Positions 9,558 through 19,348 of a stretch of 64,000 nucleotides of DNA are shown here, piece after piece; position 1 is the first letter of the stretch; every line of letters begins with the position of its first letter. Position numbers and translations under genes: made by a program. Origin of the DNA: an uncultured Verrucomicrobiae bacterium (GTDB lineage: Bacteria; Verrucomicrobiota; Verrucomicrobiia; Chthoniobacterales; UBA10450); the NCBI GenBank assembly GCA_963735805.1, contig CAVTMK010000001.1:288001-352000 (forward strand), read 5' to 3'. The notes beneath the pieces are model-generated. The model saw only the letters and a program-made list of their open reading frames with translations, was not told where the DNA came from and made no database searches.

Positions 9558-9932
9558 TTAGTTCGATCCTTTGACGTTGAGTTGATTCTCGATCTTTGCG
9601 CCGCCAGCCGCCGATTTTGCAAGCTGATCGATTTTTGACTTTTCTTGCGCAGTCTTGACGGGGCCGCGAAGTGTCACGTGGCCGTTGGCAGTAATGACTT
9701 TAATGTTCTTCGCAGTCGTTGAAAGTTCGCCGTCTTTCATCAGCGCCTGCCTGATAGCCTGCGTGGTTTTTAAATCCGCGGAATTGTTTAACTGGTCGCC
9801 AGAAGTCTTGGTTTCACCCGAGCGATCGCGCTCGTTTATTGCTGTGTTATCGGGTTTCGTCTTCTCATTACCAGCCAATGCCGCCACGCTTAATGCGCCG
9901 AGACAAGCTAGAGTTAGTAAAGTTTGTTTCAT
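9558..9932 (-). CDS. BON-domain (OsmY-like) exported protein
   Basis: Signal peptide; D...TQAIRQAL..LS..AKNIKVITANGHVTLRGPV. Confidence 0.9.
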   Translation of the reverse strand: MKQTLLTLACLGALSVAALAGNEKTKPDNTAINERDRSGETKTSGDQLNNSADLKTTQAIRQALMKDGELSTTAKNIKVITANGHVTLRGPVKTAQEKSKIDQLAKSAAGGAKIENQLNVKGSN

Positions 9933-10000
9933 GGGTTCTTTCGTTTGAGTTTGTGGGTGCCGGTATTACGAATCGCAACCAGGAGACCCATTGGTTTTAG

Positions 10001-10489
10001 TTATTTAGCCACGACGTTGATGGTGGATTTGGCCAACTTGGTTAGCTTTTTGTCTGTGTCTGATTCTTCGTTCAAGGTAGTCTGAAGTAACTGCGTCCCA
10101 TCCCGATCCTCCAGCAACTCGGCGTATGTCCGAGCACAGCCATAACCAGCCATTTCATAATGCTCAACGCGCTGCGCCGCAGCAATTAGCCCGGCATCGC
10201 GCACTTCCTCTTCAGCATCTTCTTCGATCATTTCCTCTCCCTCTTTAAGAAGACCCTCCATGCCCTCACACTTAGGGCCCCTGGTCGACTCGTCATGATT
10301 CGTTAAAATCTGTTCGAGACGCGCCACGTGTTTCTTCGTCTGTTCGAAATGCTCCTGGAACCCGGCAGCAAGCTGCTTGTTAGTAGCGGCTTTAGCCATT
10401 TTAGGCAACGCTTTTATAATCTGCTTTTCCGCGCTGTATAGGTCCTTGAGTTCGTGAATGTATAAATCTTTAAGTGTTTCAAGTTTCAT
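10001..10489 (-). CDS. Ferritin-like DUF892 (YciF family) protein, second paralog
   Basis: ELKDLYSAEKQ..KALPKMA..CEGMEGLLKE..AAQRVEHYEMAGYG. Confidence 0.93.
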   Translation of the reverse strand: MKLETLKDLYIHELKDLYSAEKQIIKALPKMAKAATNKQLAAGFQEHFEQTKKHVARLEQILTNHDESTRGPKCEGMEGLLKEGEEMIEEDAEEEVRDAGLIAAAQRVEHYEMAGYGCARTYAELLEDRDGTQLLQTTLNEESDTDKKLTKLAKSTINVVAK

Positions 10490-10561
10490 ATGTGTGGATT
10501 TAATAATCGGTGGTCTCGCTCGACCTGGTCTTGTTTAAATTAAGCACCCTCGAATGAATCT

Positions 10562-10678
10562 TTATGTGCACCCTCGCAATAGAAAAATTAGGTGCAAAAT
10601 CGGAATCGGAATTCCCAGACATTAAAGTAAAATGTATCTAGTCGCCCCCGCTTGTTTTATTTTATTAGTTAGACGCAG
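10562..10678 (-). pseudogene. Degenerate copy of the 38-aa membrane peptide gene
   Basis: Reads (CTG)RLTNKIKQAGATRYILL*CLGIPIPILHLIFLLRGCT*; same 117-nt length; ATG->CTG and Trp19->TAA. Confidence 0.72.
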
Positions 10679-11018
10679 CTTAGATATCCTTTCGTCAAGT
10701 TATCGATTCGGAACTCTTCGTGTGAGCAGGAACCTGCTTCGACTAATGAGAATAGGCAATAGGGCCGACGGATGAGTGTCTAATAGGACAAAAGCCTATA
10801 ACGCGCGACGGTCGACTAAAGATCGTAGTTATGTGCACAGTTCCGCTGTTACCTACTTGTTGCCGCACTTTTCGTCATTGTACCTGGTGGCTCCTGCTAA
10901 GCAAATTTCGCGCTATTCTTGTCTCCGGCCAGGTTACGGGCAGCGCACTTCGCATGTTTTAACGGCCAGCCCGGAAAGCAGTCGCGTATATAGGTAGTCA
11001 GAAAATGAAATTCGAATT

Positions 11019-11324
11019 ATGACCTTACGTAAGACATGCGTTTTATTATCGCTTTTCGCCTGGTTGTTAGTCGCGGTGAGTTGTAACCGAAGCGTTGTTA
11101 CAGGATCGAAATTGACCCCCAATAATTACGATCAAGTCACCACCGGAATGACTAAGGCACAGGTGGAAAGAATTCTCGGGCCGCCCACTACAGTCGAAAC
11201 CAAGGAGATGGTGATCTTTAAGAAAACGACTTATCGGTACGAAGATGGCAAGAAATTCGCTATGTTCACATTCAAAAACGACGAGCTAGATGGTAAAGAA
11301 GGTAATCTTCACCGCGACCTGTGA
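11019..11324 (+). CDS. Lipoprotein with BamE/SmpA-OmlA-like small domain
   Basis: Lipobox-like VAVSC; YDQVTTGMTKAQVERILGPP. Confidence 0.7.
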   Translation: MTLRKTCVLLSLFAWLLVAVSCNRSVVTGSKLTPNNYDQVTTGMTKAQVERILGPPTTVETKEMVIFKKTTYRYEDGKKFAMFTFKNDELDGKEGNLHRDL

Positions 11325-11402
11325 TACCCTGTTTGCGCTCGTTCGATCATCTGCTGGTGTTTGCCGCCGCTGAAGTTTTCTTTTTCTTAAACAGAGACCA
11401 AA

Positions 11403-11705
11403 ATGGGCTGGTTCCTTTTCATCCTGGGGTCGCTAGCAACCTTCAGATTGAGCCATCTTGTTGCGAAGGAGCGTGGCCCGTTTGCTGTTTTTGAACGTTT
11501 TCGCAATGCAACGCCAGGTGGGCGTGGCTCCGCCAAAGAATGGCTAAGCTGCATCTTTTGTTTTTCGCTCTCTGCAAGCGCTCTGGTTTGCCTGATTCTT
11601 TGGCTGGGAGGAGTGAAGCTTGACTGGGGAGAATGGGTCCTCAATTGGCTCGGCTTCAGCGCTCTGACGCTGATAATAAATCAAGCTCTTATGTTTCAAA
11701 AATGA
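11403..11705 (+). CDS. DUF1360-like membrane protein
   Basis: LATFRLSHLVAKERGPF..F..LSCIFCFS (CxxC). Confidence 0.7.
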   Translation: MGWFLFILGSLATFRLSHLVAKERGPFAVFERFRNATPGGRGSAKEWLSCIFCFSLSASALVCLILWLGGVKLDWGEWVLNWLGFSALTLIINQALMFQK

Positions 11706-11766
11706 GAGGACGCGGAGGCGACGATAGCCCATACCGCTGAAACCACTCCTGTCTCAGCGAAATTCG

Positions 11767-12460
11767 ATGCCCGGCAAAAACTCCGACCTGCACGGCAGCG
11801 CACCCGACAAACATAAACTTGCGCTGCTCCTAATTGACGTCATCAACGACTTCGATTTTCCCGAAGCGGACCAATTACTGAAACATGCTCGGCCGATGGC
11901 CAGAAATCTCTTGCGTCTGAAACGACGCGCGCAAAAAGCAGGCCTACCGGTCATTTATGTAAACGACAATTTCGGGCGATGGAAGTCCGATTTCCGGCGC
12001 ACAGTCGAGCACTGCACACGTCACGGCCGCGGTCGCGAGGCGGTGAAATTACTGCAGCCGGAAGAAAACGATTATTTCGTGCTTAAACCAAAACATTCCG
12101 GATTCTTTTCTACCACGCTCGAGACCCTTCTCCGTTACCTGGAAACGCAAACTCTAATTCTCACCGGCATTGCCGGGAATTTTTGTGTCCTTTTCACAGC
12201 GAACGATGCCTACATGCGCGACTTTAACTTGTTCGTGCCTTCGGATTGCACGGTATCAAACACAAAGAAGGAAAATGACGCGGCGCTCGGGACTCATGAA
12301 GAAATTCCTGAAAGCTGATACGCGCTCGTCGACCAAAATCGTGTTGCGCACGGAATCAAGACGGCTGAAAGCACCCGGCGACTCAGGACGAAACACAAAG
12401 GCGATCTCAAAAGTTTCCCGTCAAAGCGAGAATAATTACGATCAAAACAATCAAACCTAA
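11767..12460 (+). CDS. Isochorismatase-family cysteine hydrolase (apparent +1 frameshift at GGG 12289-12291)
   Basis: LLLIDVINDF, KPKHSGFF, GIAGNFCVLFTANDAY; as written stops at 12318; removing one G gives AALGLMKKFLKADTRSS..., ending 12460. Confidence 0.85.
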
Positions 12461-12559
12461 TCCGCCACTTGGCCAGTAACCCCAGCCTGAGCTGTATGGC
12501 CAAGCTGGTAGCGCACCTATAAGCAGGAGGATTAGGATGATTAATAGAATTGTGCTCAT
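12407..12559 (-). CDS. DUF3309 family small membrane protein, 50 aa (not in ORF track)
   Basis: MSTILLIILILLLIGALPAWPYSSGWGYWPSGGLGLIVLIVIILALTGNF*; SD AAGGAG. Confidence 0.9.
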   Translation of the reverse strand: MSTILLIILILLLIGALPAWPYSSGWGYWPSGGLGLIVLIVIILALTGNF

Positions 12560-12668
12560 AGCCTCTCCTTTCTTGAACTAGATTCGTGTTTGTTTCGATT
12601 TTGGACGCCAATCCAGTTAGAATCGGGAACATTCCGACGGTCGACCACCCATCAACGAAGACGTTTCG

Positions 12669-13604
12669 TTACTGGTTCTCAACTTCCGTCGTAGTGACGC
12701 GAACTGCATATTCGTCCGGTATAAATTCGCGATTGGCCCGCGCGGCATAGACCTGTGTAAACTCAGCGCCGAAAAGAAGAATCTGCGATGTGTAGTAAAC
12801 CCAAAGTAACAATGTGATAAGTGAGCTGGCCGCTCCATAAGCCGAACCAGCAGCGCCGCTGCCCAGATACAAACCCAGCAGCCATTTCCCCAGGCCAAAA
12901 AGCATCGCAGTTATGACCGCGCCGATCCAAACGTCCCGCCATTGAATCTTAACATCGGGCAAAAACTTGAAGATCATTGCAAAGAGCAGAACGACGACGG
13001 AAAAGTCAAAGATCAAGTACACAGTTAACGCGACCGCAACCCCGCCTGGCAACACAGATTGCACATAACTACTGAATACTTTAAGCATGGCTTCGGCTGC
13101 CAATGAGACGAGCAGAAGGAAGCAGATACCCGCGACCATGGCAAAGGAGAGAAAGCGCGCTCGAAGAAACCCCCAGATACCGCGACCGGGCTTCGCTTTT
13201 ACGCCCCAAATTGTGTTTAACGCGTCTTGAAGTTGGCCAAAGACGCCACTCGCACCGAAAACGGCAAGAACAATACCCACGATTGTTGCCATTACTCCCT
13301 TGTGAGATTCTGAAGCCTTTCGAGCGATGCCTTGTACAACACTGACGACGCTTGAATCGAGAAAATAGCTCATTTGTTGCGTGATCTTGTCCCAGGCTCC
13401 TGCCGGGTCATCCCGGAAGATGACACCGACGATTGCGAGTAGAATGAGTATCAGTGGCGCTAGTGAAAATACCGTGTAATAGGCAAGCGCCGCGCCCAGC
13501 TGCGGCGCTTTATCTTGCAACCATTCCTGAAACGTTTGCTGTAACAGGCTTAATGTATTGCCAAAAAACGATTCTGACGAATTGGAGTTGCGCTGCCTAG
13601 ACAC
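12669..13604 (-). CDS. YihY/BrkB family membrane protein
   Basis: D.APQLGAALAYYTVFSLAPL; YGAASSLITLLLWVYYTSQILLFGAEF. Confidence 0.92.
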   Translation of the reverse strand: MSRQRNSNSSESFFGNTLSLLQQTFQEWLQDKAPQLGAALAYYTVFSLAPLILILLAIVGVIFRDDPAGAWDKITQQMSYFLDSSVVSVVQGIARKASESHKGVMATIVGIVLAVFGASGVFGQLQDALNTIWGVKAKPGRGIWGFLRARFLSFAMVAGICFLLLVSLAAEAMLKVFSSYVQSVLPGGVAVALTVYLIFDFSVVVLLFAMIFKFLPDVKIQWRDVWIGAVITAMLFGLGKWLLGLYLGSGAAGSAYGAASSLITLLLWVYYTSQILLFGAEFTQVYAARANREFIPDEYAVRVTTTEVENQ

Positions 13605-13723
13605 AAGAGACCTCTAACAACATACGCGGAGAACGCTGTGTTTGGTTTGCAAACCGACCTTCCCGTCGATGAGCAAGGGATGAAGCATCCACCACTGGCT
13701 GCGCTGCGAACTACACTTAACAG

Positions 13724-14743
13724 ATGCAATTGAAACCGCCTTTGCCGCCGATGGAAGCGCATTCGGTAGAGGAGATTCCCGTTGGCTCCGGCTGGCAGTA
13801 CGAGCCGAAGTGGGATGGCTTTCGCTGCATTGCGTTTCGTAATCGCGAGGAGATTCACTTACAATCGAAATCGGGGCAGCCTCTCGCTCGTTATTTTCCT
13901 GATATTGCCAGCGCTCTCGTCAACCTGCCCGAGAAACACTTCGTCTTGGATGGCGAACTTGTAGTTCCAGTTAGCGGCGCGCTTTCATTCGATGAATTGC
14001 AACTGCGTCTGCACCCCGCCGCGAGCCGCGTCCAAAAGCTGGCGAAAGCTCATCCAGCGATCTACATCGTATTCGATCTACTTGGTGAAGGGGTGCGATC
14101 GTACGTGAAGCAGCCTCTGTGCGAACGCCGGCAACTCCTCGAAAAGTTCGCACTTTCAAATTTTAAGTCCGCCAAGTCTGTGCGCCTTTCTCCGGCGACA
14201 ATTGATTATCGGACTGCGGGCGCATGGTTCAAAAAAGCGGGCGGCGACCTTGATGGGATCATCGCGAAACGCCTTGAATCTGAGTACGCTTCGGGTGAAC
14301 GCACCGCAGCAGTCAAGATAAAGCAGATCCGCTCGGCCGACTGCGTCGTTGGCGGATTTCGTTACGGACGTAACACGCGCCTGGTTGGTTCCCTCTTACT
14401 TGGCCTGTACGGAGAACATGGTTTGCTGCACCATGTGGGATTCACATCTTCTTTCAAAGCATCGGAACGCCGTGCACTTACAAAGAAATTTGAAGCGCTC
14501 AGGAAACCGCCTGGATTCACTGGCAACGCCCCCGGCGGACCGAGTCGCTGGAGCACGGATCGCACTGGCGAATGGGAACCAGTCGCACCAAAAGTGGTCG
14601 TTGAAGTCACCTACGACCATTTTACGGGCGGTCGATTCCGACATGGTACAAAGCTGGTTCGCTGGCGTCCGGACAAAGCGCCTCGCCAGTGCACGATGGA
14701 CCAGGTAGAGCATCGCGAAGGTAAATCGCTCGCGCTTTTATAA
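13724..14743 (+). CDS. ATP-dependent DNA ligase, LigC-like minimal ligase
   Basis: Motif I YEPKWDGFR; LDGELV; IVFDLL; DCVVGGFR; RFRHGT..RWRPDK. Confidence 0.92.
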   Translation: MQLKPPLPPMEAHSVEEIPVGSGWQYEPKWDGFRCIAFRNREEIHLQSKSGQPLARYFPDIASALVNLPEKHFVLDGELVVPVSGALSFDELQLRLHPAASRVQKLAKAHPAIYIVFDLLGEGVRSYVKQPLCERRQLLEKFALSNFKSAKSVRLSPATIDYRTAGAWFKKAGGDLDGIIAKRLESEYASGERTAAVKIKQIRSADCVVGGFRYGRNTRLVGSLLLGLYGEHGLLHHVGFTSSFKASERRALTKKFEALRKPPGFTGNAPGGPSRWSTDRTGEWEPVAPKVVVEVTYDHFTGGRFRHGTKLVRWRPDKAPRQCTMDQVEHREGKSLALL

Positions 14744-15832
14744 TCATCGGTTTTGAGATCTCAGGAATCTCAACACCGCGGCTTCAGCCAATCGAAGCTG
14801 CCTGCTCCCCGACTTTTGCATCGCCTCGCTGAGTCCAGGAATTCGGCTGTTAGTCAGGTATGCTTCGAGTACGGCAGGATGGACATAACATTTGCGACAA
14901 ATCGCGGGAGTGTTGCCAAGAAGCTCCGCTACTGCACAGATGGCAGTCTTGATATTCGCCTTTGCCTGCTTCTTCGTTTCAAACTCTCCCTGCACGTTAA
15001 GTGCCAATGCCGACAGCAGCGTACCGGCCCATGTTCGGAAATCTTTCGCCGTAAAATTCTCACTCGTAATTTCCCGCAGATAGTCGTTCACATCCTGTGA
15101 TCTTACATCTCGCACCTCGCCATCATCGTCGATGTATTGGAATACATCCTGTCCTGGCAAGTCCTGCAGCTTGGAAATGATCTTGGCGACTTGGCCATCT
15201 CTTACATCCACTTCGTGGTGTCGCCCGCTCTTTCCACGAAAACGAAAACGCAGATGTGCGCCCCTTACAGTCACGTGTCGATCTTTGATTGTGGTTAAAC
15301 CAAAGGATTTGTTTTCGCGCGCGTATTCGTCGTTGCCGATACGGATAAAAGTTCGCTCCAATAGTCGCACAACTGTTGCGAGCACTTTTTCCCGCGGAAG
15401 GCCGCGCAGTTTGATATCGCGCTGAACTCGCTTCCGAATTTGCGGAAGCGCTTTGGCAAAATCCGCGAGCCGAGCGAATTTATTTTCATCGCGCAACTCG
15501 CGCCAACGCTCGTGATAACGGTACTGCTTTCGCCGGCGCGCATCCCGGCCGGTGGCCTGCAGGTGCCCGTTTGGTGAGGGACTAATCCACACCTCGTTCC
15601 ACGCCGGTGGAATCGCCAAGCGTCTGATTCTGAGGAGCCGTTGTTCGTCGCGAATTCTCTTGCCTTCTGTATCCAGATACTCGAAATCCCCGTTCTTTGG
15701 CCTCCGGACGTAGCCCTGACGCTCGTCGCTCACATATCGCAGCCCTGCTTCCTCCGCTGCCTCCGCGGAGTCGTTAGCGAGCCGAGTGTCGGGGGTTTTC
15801 CCGTTACAGTTGTTTGTTACAGGCACCCCCAT
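14744..15832 (-). CDS. DNA topoisomerase IB (bacterial/poxvirus-like)
   Basis: LAIPPAW, ATGRDARRRKQYRYH, IRIGN, F.GKSG, FTAKDFRTW, LGNTPAICRKCYVHP (catalytic Tyr). Confidence 0.95.
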   Translation of the reverse strand: MGVPVTNNCNGKTPDTRLANDSAEAAEEAGLRYVSDERQGYVRRPKNGDFEYLDTEGKRIRDEQRLLRIRRLAIPPAWNEVWISPSPNGHLQATGRDARRRKQYRYHERWRELRDENKFARLADFAKALPQIRKRVQRDIKLRGLPREKVLATVVRLLERTFIRIGNDEYARENKSFGLTTIKDRHVTVRGAHLRFRFRGKSGRHHEVDVRDGQVAKIISKLQDLPGQDVFQYIDDDGEVRDVRSQDVNDYLREITSENFTAKDFRTWAGTLLSALALNVQGEFETKKQAKANIKTAICAVAELLGNTPAICRKCYVHPAVLEAYLTNSRIPGLSEAMQKSGSRQLRLAEAAVLRFLRSQNR

Positions 15833-16302
15833 TAGCAAAACATCGCTACGAAGCCTTCGTCCACGTGTCCCCAGCTCCAACTGAGCCGGGGCGCATCAAC
15901 CGATCCAGTAAAATGATCGTTTAAGTATAAGCTTAACTCTTTCATAAGAGAGGGGTGTTCCCGGAATTCAGGCAACCGGCACCCCTACCCATCGTGCGGC
16001 CTATCCGATAGGAACATTCTTCATCTTTCATTGTTCGCAGCGGACGCGCCTATCAGCCGTGTCACACGACTAATGGCTGCTTTGCGGACCCGGCGTGGTC
16101 AGCGACATATCGTGAATCTGAAAAATCTCAACACGCGCACATCTCTGCAGGCATCAAAGCATTCCACGATCGCATCAGAAACCTTCGCGACGCCAAAAAC
16201 AGCTGACTACGTCCGAATCAAGTTATGGGCTGTGACAGACGCGCACCTGAAGGGCATGGTTTAGTGACATCCGAATGCCTCGCTAGCGGCGAAACAATCA
16301 TC

Positions 16303-16749
16303 ATGCCAGAAGAAGAAACAGTTAAGCGGGCGCGTGAAGACGAGCGCGAAGGGAAATCTCCTTCCACTCAGGCCGGCGAGTTCGTGCGCGAGGAAATGGA
16401 ACATATTCGGGAAGGAGAACATGGTGCTCGGTCGCCTGAACAGGCGATCGCCATCGGCCTCTCGAAGGCAAGGAGAGCCGGTGTGAAGTTGCCTCCTCCC
16501 AAACGGGGCAAAGCGCGAACAAAACGCCAAGCTAAACGCGATCTGACTAAGGGTCGCGGAGGCCGCCGCAAAAAGGCTTCGCGCAAACGTTCGCGTGCCA
16601 CAAAAAGCGCGCTGAAAAGGGAGAGCCGCCGGTCGGCGTCGAAAAGAGCATTGTCACGACATGCTAAGCGGGCGGCCGCACGACGTTCTGCGCGGTCGCG
16701 CTCTGCCGCCGCTGAGAGGGCCGCACGCACACGCAAACGTCGGCGATGA
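16303..16749 (+). CDS. Basic putative DNA-binding protein (DUF6496-like core, Arg/Lys-rich tail)
   Basis: GKSPSTQAGEFVREEM..QAIAIGLSKARRAG then R/K/A/S-rich tail. Confidence 0.78.
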   Translation: MPEEETVKRAREDEREGKSPSTQAGEFVREEMEHIREGEHGARSPEQAIAIGLSKARRAGVKLPPPKRGKARTKRQAKRDLTKGRGGRRKKASRKRSRATKSALKRESRRSASKRALSRHAKRAAARRSARSRSAAAERAARTRKRRR

Positions 16750-16868
16750 AATTTTTGCCGCGATTTTGCCTCCGCAGCGGGAGAACTTATGTCGAAAAAG
16801 TGAACCTTCAGCCGCCTTGCATTCGCACGCTTACCGCTGCGGTTAGGATGTTTGTTAGGTAAGGCGGT

Positions 16869-17099
16869 TTATTTCCGGCCGCCTTTTCTTCCACCTCTTC
16901 GGGAACTGGATTTATTCCGCGTTTTCCCGCGACCACCCCCGCCCTTCTTTCGGCCACCTTTATCGGATTTATTTACCGTAGCCCATGCGCGGCGCTCCGC
17001 TTCCTTGGTGCTGACGCCGCGTTTCTTATACCCTTGCTCGATCTTGGATGCTTTCCGTTTTTGTTTTGATGTATATTTCTTTTTGCTTCCTTGTGCCAT
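16869..17099 (-). CDS. Small basic stress-cluster protein
   Basis: KYTSKQKRKASKIEQGYKKRGVSTKEAERRAWATVNK; SD GGAGG. Confidence 0.8.
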   Translation of the reverse strand: MAQGSKKKYTSKQKRKASKIEQGYKKRGVSTKEAERRAWATVNKSDKGGRKKGGGGRGKTRNKSSSRRGGRKGGRK

Positions 17100-17188
17100 T
17101 GTCGCCTCCGTTGGAACTTTCCGTTATAAAAACGAATCTCGCTTCGGGACTGGATTTGGCTTTCTTCCTCTAAGTTCAGGCTGATTTA

Positions 17189-18643
17189 GTGAGCGAGAAA
17201 TACGACGCGGTCGTGGTTGGTTCGGGACCCAATGGTCTTGCGGCCGCGATTACGCTGGCACGCGCGGGATGTTCGGTTCTGGTTTGCGAAGCAAACGCGA
17301 CGATCGGCGGCGGCACACGCTCCGCAGAACTAACGCTACCGGGATTTGTTCATGACGTGTGTTCGGCAATCCATCCGCTGGCGGCAGGTTCTCCATTTTT
17401 CAAGACTGTCCCCCTCGACCGCTTGGGTCTCACATGGATACAACCTGAAATCCCGCTAGCACACCCGCTCGATAATGGTTCTGTGGCCTGTCTTCATCGG
17501 GACATCGATCTTACGGCGGACCAACTCTGCGACGATTCGCACGCTTATCGGCGACTGATGCAGCCGCTCGCAGACAATTGGGAACGATTGGCCAATGAAT
17601 TGTTGCAACCAATGCTACACTTGCCGCGGCATCCGTTGGCGCTAGCGCGTTTCGGAATTCCCGCCATCTGTCCGGCAACCGTTCTGTCGAAGTTTCTGTT
17701 CAAACACGAAGCCGCGCGCGCACTTTTTGGCGGAATCGCGGCGCACTCATTTCTTCCTTTGGAGGCTGTGGGCTCCTCAGCGTTTGCGCTGGTGCTTGGG
17801 CTCGCAGGTCACGCCGTAGGCTGGCCGATTCCGCGCGGCGGGTCGCAACAAATCGCAAATGCGCTCGCCAGTCATCTCCGAGAACTTGGCGGGAAGATCG
17901 AGATCAATCAGCCAGTCGAAAATCTGAACGACCTGCCGAAATCGCGAGCGATTCTTCTGGACGTTTCGGTATGGGAATTTCTACGCATCGCCGGCGGCCA
18001 ACTGCCTTCCGCATACCGGCGCCGTCTGGAATCATTTCAACATGGCCCCGGGATTTTTAAAATCGATTATGCGCTGAGCGAGCCAGTTCCATGGAAAACC
18101 GCGGCTTGTCGTCTGGCCGGCACAATTCATCTCGGCGGCAGCATCGACCAAATCGCAGCGGCAGAACGCGATGTCGCTTGTGGAAAAATTCCCGAGCGCC
18201 CATTCATGCTCGTTGCTCAGCAGAGTCTTGTTGACGAAACCCGCGCGCCGCGGGGACAACACACGCTCTGGGCATACTGTCACGTTCCACTGAATTGCCA
18301 GATCGATATGACTGAGCGTATGGAATCCGAAATCGAGAACCTTGCTCCAGGCTTTCGGGATTGCATTCTCGCACGTCACAAAATGAGTGCCGCTGATCTT
18401 GAAAGATCGAACCGCAATCTTTCCGGTGGCGATATCAACGGCGGTGCGGCAAATCTAATGCAATTAGTTGCACGGCCGATTCTGAGTCCGACTCCTTACC
18501 GCACTCCTCTTCACGGAGTTTATTTATGTTCAGCTTCAACTCCGCCCGGTGGCGGTGTCCACGGGATGAGCGGCTACCACGCCGCGAGATCAGCAATGCG
18601 TGACATTTTCTCAAAGACTCCCCGCGTAAAGGAATCTTTCTAA
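17189..18643 (+). CDS. Phytoene desaturase-family FAD oxidoreductase
   Basis: DAVVVGSGPNGLAAA; HDVCSAIHP; LCSASTPPGGGVHGMSG. Confidence 0.9.
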   Translation: MSEKYDAVVVGSGPNGLAAAITLARAGCSVLVCEANATIGGGTRSAELTLPGFVHDVCSAIHPLAAGSPFFKTVPLDRLGLTWIQPEIPLAHPLDNGSVACLHRDIDLTADQLCDDSHAYRRLMQPLADNWERLANELLQPMLHLPRHPLALARFGIPAICPATVLSKFLFKHEAARALFGGIAAHSFLPLEAVGSSAFALVLGLAGHAVGWPIPRGGSQQIANALASHLRELGGKIEINQPVENLNDLPKSRAILLDVSVWEFLRIAGGQLPSAYRRRLESFQHGPGIFKIDYALSEPVPWKTAACRLAGTIHLGGSIDQIAAAERDVACGKIPERPFMLVAQQSLVDETRAPRGQHTLWAYCHVPLNCQIDMTERMESEIENLAPGFRDCILARHKMSAADLERSNRNLSGGDINGGAANLMQLVARPILSPTPYRTPLHGVYLCSASTPPGGGVHGMSGYHAARSAMRDIFSKTPRVKESF

Positions 18644-18712
18644 TTTTTCAAGACGTTAGCAATCGCATCGGGATATACGACCAGCGACGCTTCGAGAGCC
18701 GTCAATAAGTTG

Positions 18713-19153
18713 ATGGGAGATCCACGAAATATCGCGCACACAAAAAAAGTCGTTCAAGAGAAACACCATAGGCACCAGGATGTTTCCAAGTCCGGCGTTA
18801 CCAGTCCCCGGCCGGAAAAGAAGACCCAAACCGAAAAGAAAAAACAGGGCGGCGCCGGCGAGAGCTCGTCTCCTAAGAATGAGGCCGAGAAGCCGGCGCA
18901 ACCGACAGATTCAGCGCAATTGGAGAAATCGCTCGCTGTCCTTTCCAATCTCAAGGATTTGGAATTTCACTCTCGGGCAAACATCGAAAAACTCGCCGAA
19001 CTTAGTTTGACGATCGAGGAAGAGCTAAAACAAAAGCAGTTTGCTGAAGCCCTGAGTGCAGTTTACTCCGCGCAGGATGTTTTTGAGTCCAAAATCGTGA
19101 AATTGATTGAAGACTACGACACGGAGTGCACGCGCTTGAAACCCGCAGGGTAA
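18713..19153 (+). CDS. Hypothetical protein (disordered N-term, helical C-term)
   Basis: Charged helical ORF filling an intergenic space; no family recognised. Confidence 0.55.
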   Translation: MGDPRNIAHTKKVVQEKHHRHQDVSKSGVTSPRPEKKTQTEKKKQGGAGESSSPKNEAEKPAQPTDSAQLEKSLAVLSNLKDLEFHSRANIEKLAELSLTIEEELKQKQFAEALSAVYSAQDVFESKIVKLIEDYDTECTRLKPAG

Positions 19154-19348
19154 AGTACGCCTGAACGCCAAGAACGCGGGATTCGAAGCCAGTTCACCGG
19201 CACGACAAAAAGATGTGAAACGGAGTCTGAATAAAATCACCAAGCTTCTGAAAAATACTGGGGCAACGTTTGGATCTTGTCGGGTGCTGCCTGACATAAG
19301 TTTTCAATTCGAACAAGACGGAGACTTAACGGTCAAAAATTAATAGAC

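Noticed and set aside
15881..16302. Structured ncRNA or small ORFs in the TopIB divergent intergenic region (AGGGGTG...CACCCCT hairpin, CCTATCCGATAGG palindrome)
   Set aside because: No recognisable RNA family and no second copy; an Rfam search would be needed.
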